Source: Bigelowiella natans CCMP2755 (taxonomy: Eukaryota; Protista; Cercozoa). From it: a DNA stretch of 64,000 nt. Within the stretch, counting starts at the first letter, position 1. The number at the start of each line of letters is the position of its first letter. The stretch is from NCBI GenBank assembly GCA_000320545.1, contig ADNK01001802.1, positions 31,042-95,041 of the forward strand. The letters are read 5' to 3'. The position numbers were made by a program, and so were the translations under genes. Positions 56,708 through 64,000 of this stretch are shown here, in pieces. The notes beneath the pieces were generated by a model. The model was not told where the DNA came from and did no database searches. It saw only the letters and a program-made list of their open reading frames with translations.

Positions 56708-58122
56708 TGAGAGATAGATGCGAAAAGAGATAGATAGATAGAGAGAGAGAGAGAAAGAGAGAGGGGAGAGTAGAGAAAGGGGAGAGGAGGGAGAAAGAGA
56801 GAAAAGTCAATCAAATATCCACAGGAAGAACGAAGTAGTAACTGTTGTATATATAAAAATACCAAGGGTGTTCGTTCCATGCTCTTCCATTGCTACTCCT
56901 TGGCCTCCTGGAGTGCTCTCTTTCAGCATTAAAATTGTTCCCGGAATTTCCATCACAGGCAAACCTCTGAAATTAGACAGCACCACAAGAATGTTAGCAC
57001 ACAAGCCCAACTCCCAGCGACGATCAGGCATAAAACCACGCAATAGCTTGGGCGACAGCAGCAGATAGGCTCAGGCATAGGAATAACCAATGAGAAAGTG
57101 TGCATATCATCTTTGTGATTATTGTTATCGTTTTCAATGCTGCTGCTGCTGCTGCTACGATTGCCACCATTGCTGCTGCGTATACTAAAAGTACTACCCC
57201 TCTATGAACCAAACCTCTTCAGCACGGCAACGCTATTTCGTCGGCGGCGAGTGGACTTGGAGTATTTGTTATCGGAAGCTGCTATACTTTCATGTATTGC
57301 CTTTAGGACCTGTCTCCGCAGTGACAAGCCACACACGACGACGAAGACGACACACACAATGATCAATGCTCTTTGCTGCAGGCAGTTCCACTCAAATCCG
57401 ACCGAACAAATGCTGATATATTTCTTCTCACACCTTCACCCCAATGGTGCTCTCTGGCCGGGCTATTGCATGCACTCGATCCAACAGTGAGAAATCTCGC
57501 TTGAGGGTCTCTCCGATTTGAGATATTTTCCTGCAAGAAAGATCGTGATACCGTCGTTATTTATTATTCGGCAAAGGGACGCATGTGACTACAGTAGGTG
57601 GCGACTAATAAAGAGAAGACTATATCATATCTCATCGGCAAAAATACTACCGTAGAGTGTCAAGGACAGATGGATAACTGAGTCTAGGAACCTTGTGTTG
57701 GTGGGCACATTGTGAATCATCATCGGAAAGACAGCAACCACACTCAAGAGTGATAGTGATGGCAACAACAAATCGCCATATGAGCAAACCGTGTTTCAGG
57801 CTGCATATCATGCAGAGGCAATGAGCTGCACAAGGCTAACGTGTGTTTCGATAAAGCTTTCTCATTCGTGAGTCCCTTCGTACACAAATCACAAATACTA
57901 TCATCGTCATGTGCGTGGTGTATAATACCCCCCCACTCCCCCCCTGTGGCATAATGATTCGTCCGGTTTACCGCATCAAATTCCATCACAAACGACATAG
58001 TGTTCTTCACCAAGTGGCTGCCCTCCGGGGAAGAGTCCCTAATTAAGTGTGAGAGGAACGCTATGCTGCTGCTCTGCTGATGCTCACGATCATGATGACT
58101 ATGGTGTGAAAAGACTACGACG

Positions 58123-58153
<31 letters not shown>

Positions 58154-58191
58154 TACTACCAGGCATTATTCTTAGGATACTGATGCTGAGG

Positions 58192-58233
<42 letters not shown>

Positions 58234-60303
58234 ATATATCGCTCCCCCCCCCCCTCCCCTCTCTTTCCCCTCTCCAACACTGCAATCATGCTGATACCAC
58301 ACTGGCGATGGCGGAGAGAAGATGGGGGGCGGCGCAAAAGCGTATGTGAATATCTCAGAGCTTTCTGGAATAGAGGGCACTCCTGGGAAGGAATGTGCTG
58401 TAGTCCGACACATCATCATCATTAACAACAACAACAGCATCGCAACAACAACAATAGTGTGAGAAAAGAGAGCAGCGGGAAAGAACGAATCTGGAAGACA
58501 ATTCCAAACAACGATATGACAATGGCATGGAGACGAGAGAAATGAGACGATATATGCTCCAACATGTTTAGGTTAGCAATAAAAATAGCTAAATCACATG
58601 ACGCAGATCAAAGATCTTGGTGCTTTAACGTTGTGCCTAACTGCCACTACTGCTGCTGCTGCTACTGCTGGTACGTTTATTACTACTTAAGACCGTGTCC
58701 GATTCCAGTGTCTTTCCTCTGTGCTTTCCGCAAAAGCATAGAGATCATCAAAGCAACTCCGGCACCTGCATAAAATATATGCTACCGTCATTGCTCTTGC
58801 AGTGTGAGAGTGTGTATATTGGGGGAAAGAGGCATGCATATGGCCGCCTTCGTAGGGCCACGATTACAATACAATGGCGACGACGATGAAAGCGATGGGT
58901 AATGTCTTAATCCTCCTGTTGTTTTCAGTTAGAGCAACCGAGACTGTGGCCAGTGACGATAAGGCGATATCCTTCATGTTCTGTAAGAGCTTTTTCTATG
59001 TGGTTTCTCGTATAAGCGAGCACATCATAAGCTGAGCGAAGAAAACCATCGTGTGCAATGCCGCCTGTGGTAAATAGTAGCAGCAGAAGCAGAAGTTTGT
59101 TGTCGCATTCCCACCATCACCATACTGCGGAGAGCGCAATAAACCATTGTCTAATACCTAAGATCCGCCTTGGAGAGCAGAGTAGATCTGTGAGCACATC
59201 GGAAATCGAGGCTGTCCCTGCAGTAGAAAAGGGATAAAGAGAGGAAACACACGAGCAAAAAGCAGCGTCCTTGAAGAAAGGCAATGACGAGAGAGAGAAC
59301 AATGCTATCACCATGCCAACCTTTATTTCTCTCTCCATCATTCAACCCGTTAGAGATGGTGCAGTAGCTACCAACCACCTACATACCGCGTATGCTGAGA
59401 ATCACTGCCTTGAGCTTATGATCAATTGCTAAGAAGTGCATTGGGCACAGCTGGCCTGGCGTAACAGTGGCGCCTTCAGAAGGCATCTAAAGCACAACAT
59501 AATAATGTAAGACCTTAGCCATAATCATCATTGTCATATTCTCAACCGACAAAACGAGTGCGTTTATGAGTAGCTTCGCCCCTTACTTTACATTGTTTTG
59601 TCGTATGTGATACATCATGCGGTACAATAACTAAGGGGGGGGGGAAGCTTGGTGATTCGGTGATCTCATTCTCTCTTTCTATGGATGCTGTGAAAGGAAT
59701 AGGTGACTCACTTTTCCCCCCCCTTTATGCTCTGGCCGAACAAAGAGCACCTTACGTGAATGAATAGGTAGTAAGACGCATTTCTCCAATTTGAAGCAAT
59801 TGGAAAATCAGAGCAACTGCACACACACACACACATACACACACACACACACACTATATATATATATAAGGCCAAATAATATAGTATTCATCTTATTCAA
59901 CGTAAATATTTTGCTTTTCTCATCTGATGACTTTACACTTAATTATCTTAAGTTGTGTTGTCTGCTTCATCATCCTTCTCCTCCTCCATCGGTGCACATA
60001 TATCGTATACCTCATGATCTTTCAGGCCCGTCCTTGCACAGATGAGTGCAATGAGAGAAGATTCTTCGCCATCCTTGATTAAGGAGCCTTATTTATCAAG
60101 CAATTTGTCATCGATTGGTGCATTGAATATATAGCAAAGACTGCTGAGCGAGTGAGGGAAATGCAGCAAAAATAAGGTCGAAGAACATCTAATTTTCTCA
60201 AAAGGGGAAGATGCAGTTGCTTCAAAGTGTGTACTGGTTCTTATCGGCATCATTTATGCAGAGGAAGAATCTGTGTTCTTTCTTTTTCCTATCGGCCATG
60301 AAC

Positions 60304-60337
<34 letters not shown>

Positions 60338-61411
60338 GCACCTAATGCTTCTTTGCCAGCTTGCGGACTTAGAAGGCCTACCGCAGCGGCAATAACAGTA
60401 CCATACGCACTTGTTGCGAAGAGACAGACGCGATGCGCCTCCAAGGGCACTCGAGGCTCTTTTTGGTGGTCTGCTTTCTCCTTCTTTCCTTCTGGCATGG
60501 TTTCTTCTTCCTCTACGCTTGCTATAGCCACATTGCGTTTGGTGCTGCGTACGGTAATAGCCAAATCGTTGTCCTTCGAATCCTCGGCCATTTTCGTGCC
60601 ATTGCGAGATGATGATTCCCTTTAAGTATGATGTTGTTGAGTGTGATAACGCTGTTGGTGTTACATATTGCTCTTGCGAAAATTATCAACAATTAGCCAC
60701 TGCATTCGTCAGATTACCTCTCCGTGTGATAGGTCCAAAGCAGCGCAATGTTTACAGGAAGCCATCGATGAAATGCATCGTCGAGATCCGCCTCCCTACC
60801 CAGCTTTTCGTAGATCTTCCCCACAGCCTTGATGGCGGATTTGAATTCGTGCGTGCGCATATATGAGGGCAGCAACGCCTCCATCTCTTTGTCAAAATCA
60901 GGGCGAGGAAGCACAAAGTGGAGAACCGATGCAGCGCATACACCTGGGATGTAAAGCACTTAGACGTCGTTTGCGGTGTAGGCGAACGATAAACACGGGG
61001 AAATGATGCGGCGTTTACTACGCTTACTATCAACATCCTAATAGTTGCCTCCATCAAGCACACACATGGGGCATGCTATCACACTATTAGCAAAAAGGTA
61101 CTACTATTACAACCAGCGCAGAGTCCAGTGAAGAGACGTCCTCCATATACAACGTACCCCGTCAAAGCAAACGAGAATACTATGAATAACCGACCTAAAA
61201 CAGCATCAGCAGTAGCAACAGCAGCAGCATAAATCCTCGTAGAAGAATGCCAGAATAATCACACGAACTGAGAAATGATCTTCCACATACTTATCATCTA
61301 GCCTTCCTTACCTCTGATCGAGAACATGGGGGGAGCGAAGGACGGCAGCATGACACAAGACTCGCCTGTCTTCGCGACCCTTTCGCGCAAAATACTTAGA
61401 GTCGAACCCAT
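56501..61411 (-). CDS. Class-3 lipase (DAG-lipase-like alpha/beta hydrolase) with N-terminal hydrophobic segments
   Basis: Spliced motifs HFLAIDHKLKAVILSIR|GTASISDVLTDL, AHDGFLRSA, YRLIVTGHSL|GAGVA (nucleophile Ser, ~58940-58950), TYAFAPPP, FVMEFDA|VPRLS (Asp), EIPGTIL and FRDHLPLPY (His). Putative start MGSTLS at 61411. Confidence 0.9.
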
Positions 61412-62086
61412 TGCGACCCAAGAGGAAGGACCGAGGATACAGCAGTCTGCCGCAGACAGAAAGGGGGGTCGGTCTGGCCTGGCGAATCTTTTTCCTTCCC
61501 GTGCTTGTCGCAATAATTAAGGCTGATTTCTTCAGTGCGACAATGGAATCGCTGTCCGCAACCTATAAACGCCCTGAAAAGATACCAAAAAAAAAAAGAA
61601 AATGAGAATATCCAAGTCCTCGGTTAAGCACGGAGGGGAGAAGAGATTCGACTAGTACTTTCGCCGTTGATAATTTTCGCTTGTCGTATGAGCAAAATGC
61701 CAGGAGTCTTTAAGGTGCGACTATAAAAAACACAACTCTTTCCGATTGAAAAAGCCCCACATTTCTCGCGCCGCCGCTCGTCGGCAAGCTGCACCCAAAC
61801 AAACGGCTGCGATGGAAAGCGAGAGGGGGAGGGGGGGGGGGGTGGGTGGCACTTGCTGCGCTGGCTCTAACATATGGAGATGAATATGTTTATAATATGC
61901 GGTGTAATGGGTAATTTATCGAGCAGTGTGGCAGTGGCTGGGGACACACATAAACACAAAAGCGATGCGACAAAGCTCCGATTGTTTTCTCATTGATAGG
62001 ACGGCATCTATCTGCTTATGCTGCAGCTAACGCTACATGGATAAGCAAGGCTACTCAGCTTCTTGAAGCGCACAGAAGCTTCCTCA

Positions 62087-63481
62087 ATGAAAGGCATGCC
62101 TTCACATTGTTGGAAATGTGAGAAAGGTGCACGTGGTTAGATTCCTTGTAATTTTCTCAGTTCTGGATGGGACATTGAAGACTACATGGCCCCTTTATTT
62201 CCGAAAGAGAACCAGTCTGGACCGATTTTGGTGAGGCAGGGATGAACGGGGAGAGAAGGGAGATGGGAGAGAGGGAAAATACGCTGTCAATGATTCGTCT
62301 CCATTAAACGCAATAGCTCGAGCTTTGAGCTAATTATCAAATTCTTCTTGAAACTACGCAGAATTTCGTTCGCTACTTAGCCGAGGAAGGGTCTGAAATA
62401 TCCAATGGTACGTTGTTTATCATCTTGCCCCCTCTCCTTCCTTCGTTTATGGTTCTCGAGATATACAGCTACTCTTGAAATTCTAGTAGTGATTGCACTG
62501 TGAAACTCCCATTATGAAAGCATTATAGTTCATCCTACATGTACGTACATCGTATCCAATTCGCAAGACTTATACGCCAATGCACACATGTACATGCTCG
62601 GTTCTACAGCGAAGAGCTTCGATCGCGTGCTCCGGCATGGACGAGTCCGGTTCAAACTTTGTCCCAAAATGGCGCAGATCAGGATGGTTTATAAGGTGCG
62701 ACGAAGTAGTATTACGGGGTTGTGATAATGCATCCGCCAACAAGCAACGATGAAAACTTACATTACATATGAACAACGCCTTGCCAATAGTGAGCATCGT
62801 TTCCTCTCCCAAATATGAGAAACGTAGTGAAAAGGCGCAGGACCACTGCTTCTTCTTCTTCTTCTTCATCATCATCATCATCCTCTTCTTCTTCTTCTTC
62901 TTCTTCTTCTTCGATGACGACTGTACCAGATTTTGAGAAGCTATGGAATGCTTGAGAGAAGCGAAGGGCTGGAGCGATTCCTGGTTTGCCACCCTGTTCG
63001 GAGTCTCTCTGGAGTTCTCGTCATCACCGTATTCACCAGCCCTTACCCGCAGTATAACGTTACTGATCAAAACGGTCACCAACAGCTCAAAACTCAGGTC
63101 AATTAGCCCTAACTCAATTTGCACTTCACGTGAAAAGGGAAAGGGGAGGAAGCACGGGGAGGCTATAGCGCGATCTCATATGGGCATATATCTTCATCGT
63201 TGGCATGTTATCAAAGTTTAAACGACTTCTTCTTCATGTTTGCCGTTATTCTTGGCAGCGTTTCAGTTGTCGGCACAATTGCTTTTACTGTCCAAACGAG
63301 CCAGATATGCCTCGGAGTTATATCTCTGATGAACCCGGTAGTGGTAGTAGTAGTAGCAGTAGTAGTAGTGGCGAATGCATGCTGTGGATGAGATGTTTAT
63401 GATACTTTCTTCTTCTTCTTCTTCGCAGCAAGATGTGGTGCGGGTTATAGTAAACAACCGCCCGCTTTCACACACTAGATG

Positions 63482-63518
<37 letters not shown>

Positions 63519-64000
63519 ACGCACACATTTGCACTTACATATGATTTCTATCTTTATTACATGCGCAGGGGTCCGGCGTGCCAGGCGGCATGGCTTCGAT
63601 GCGTTCCGGCAGTTCATTGCTCGCGCGACAGCACACTGGCTCAATGGACACCCTGTAGACAAGATCGAGCTCTTGGTAGTTGCTCGGCCTTTGATATGTG
63701 TGCGTGGAACGATATTGACGGCGCCGACTGATAATATATGCACTTTGTTGTGACCTTTGAAGGTGCTGGGCGGCACGTGGACAGAATATCCTCATCAGTA
63801 TGACAAACGATGCCACTAGGACTTATAATGAAGGGAGGGAGAGGGCAGGGGGGGGGGGGGGGGGGGGGGGTTTGAATAAAAGAGAATCTTCCTGCCCGAC
63901 TTTCTTACAATTGCCCTCTATGGGATTTGCCACTTTTTCTTGGTGAACGAGGATGAGACCCCGAGCGTTAGGGATAACGATCGTTTGTTTGCCATAGTAG
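62087..64000 (+). CDS. ELP3: Elp3-family radical-SAM tRNA U34 carboxymethyltransferase, divergent type, runs off the 3' end of the window
   Basis: Exons from 62610: KLCPKMAQIRMVYK|..VRSLSGVLVITVFTSPYP..|RFSCRHNCFYCPNEPDMPRSYISDEP|GVRRARRHGFDAFRQFIARA..NGHPVDKIELL|VLGGTWTEYPH. The start position and first exons are uncertain. Confidence 0.88.

Noticed and set aside
62570-63816. Minus-strand ORFs 62570-63124 and 63535-63816
   Set aside because: They are antisense shadows of the + strand ELP3 exons.

Overview
Eukaryotic nuclear DNA from a flagellated protist, probably an alga with a complex plastid (chlorarachniophyte-like; inferred from gene content and a bipartite-looking presequence, not proven). 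Introns are dense and full of microsatellites, so most ORFs in the supplied track are repeat artefacts. Splicing by hand at GT-AG junctions gives ten protein genes in almost strictly alternating orientation: CFAP206 (+, 5'-truncated), a secreted protein with ~5 HYR domains and a C-terminal CBM1-like module (-), a long coiled-coil protein (+), an unknown secreted protein (-), a PPR protein (+), an ATP-dependent 6-phosphofructokinase with an N-terminal hydrophobic anchor (+), an intronless DUF707-like glycosyltransferase (-), a GT61-like glycosyltransferase (+), a class-3 lipase (-) and a non-canonical ELP3 (+, 3'-truncated). The strongest signal is a ~0.9-kb intergenic block (43461-44380) almost devoid of TpA: 17 of the 18 remaining TA are in YTAR context, CpG is intact, and the block holds a spliced, Tyr-free relic gene. 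This suggests a context-specific A>G (TAY>TGY) hypermutation process acting on silent DNA; weaker patches lie in the other 3' intergenic gaps. Other oddities are a homology-required non-GT donor in CFAP206, three tandem-duplicated 3' splice sites in one gene, and donors that run directly into (GTA)n arrays. All gene models and counts are manual and need RNA-seq confirmation.
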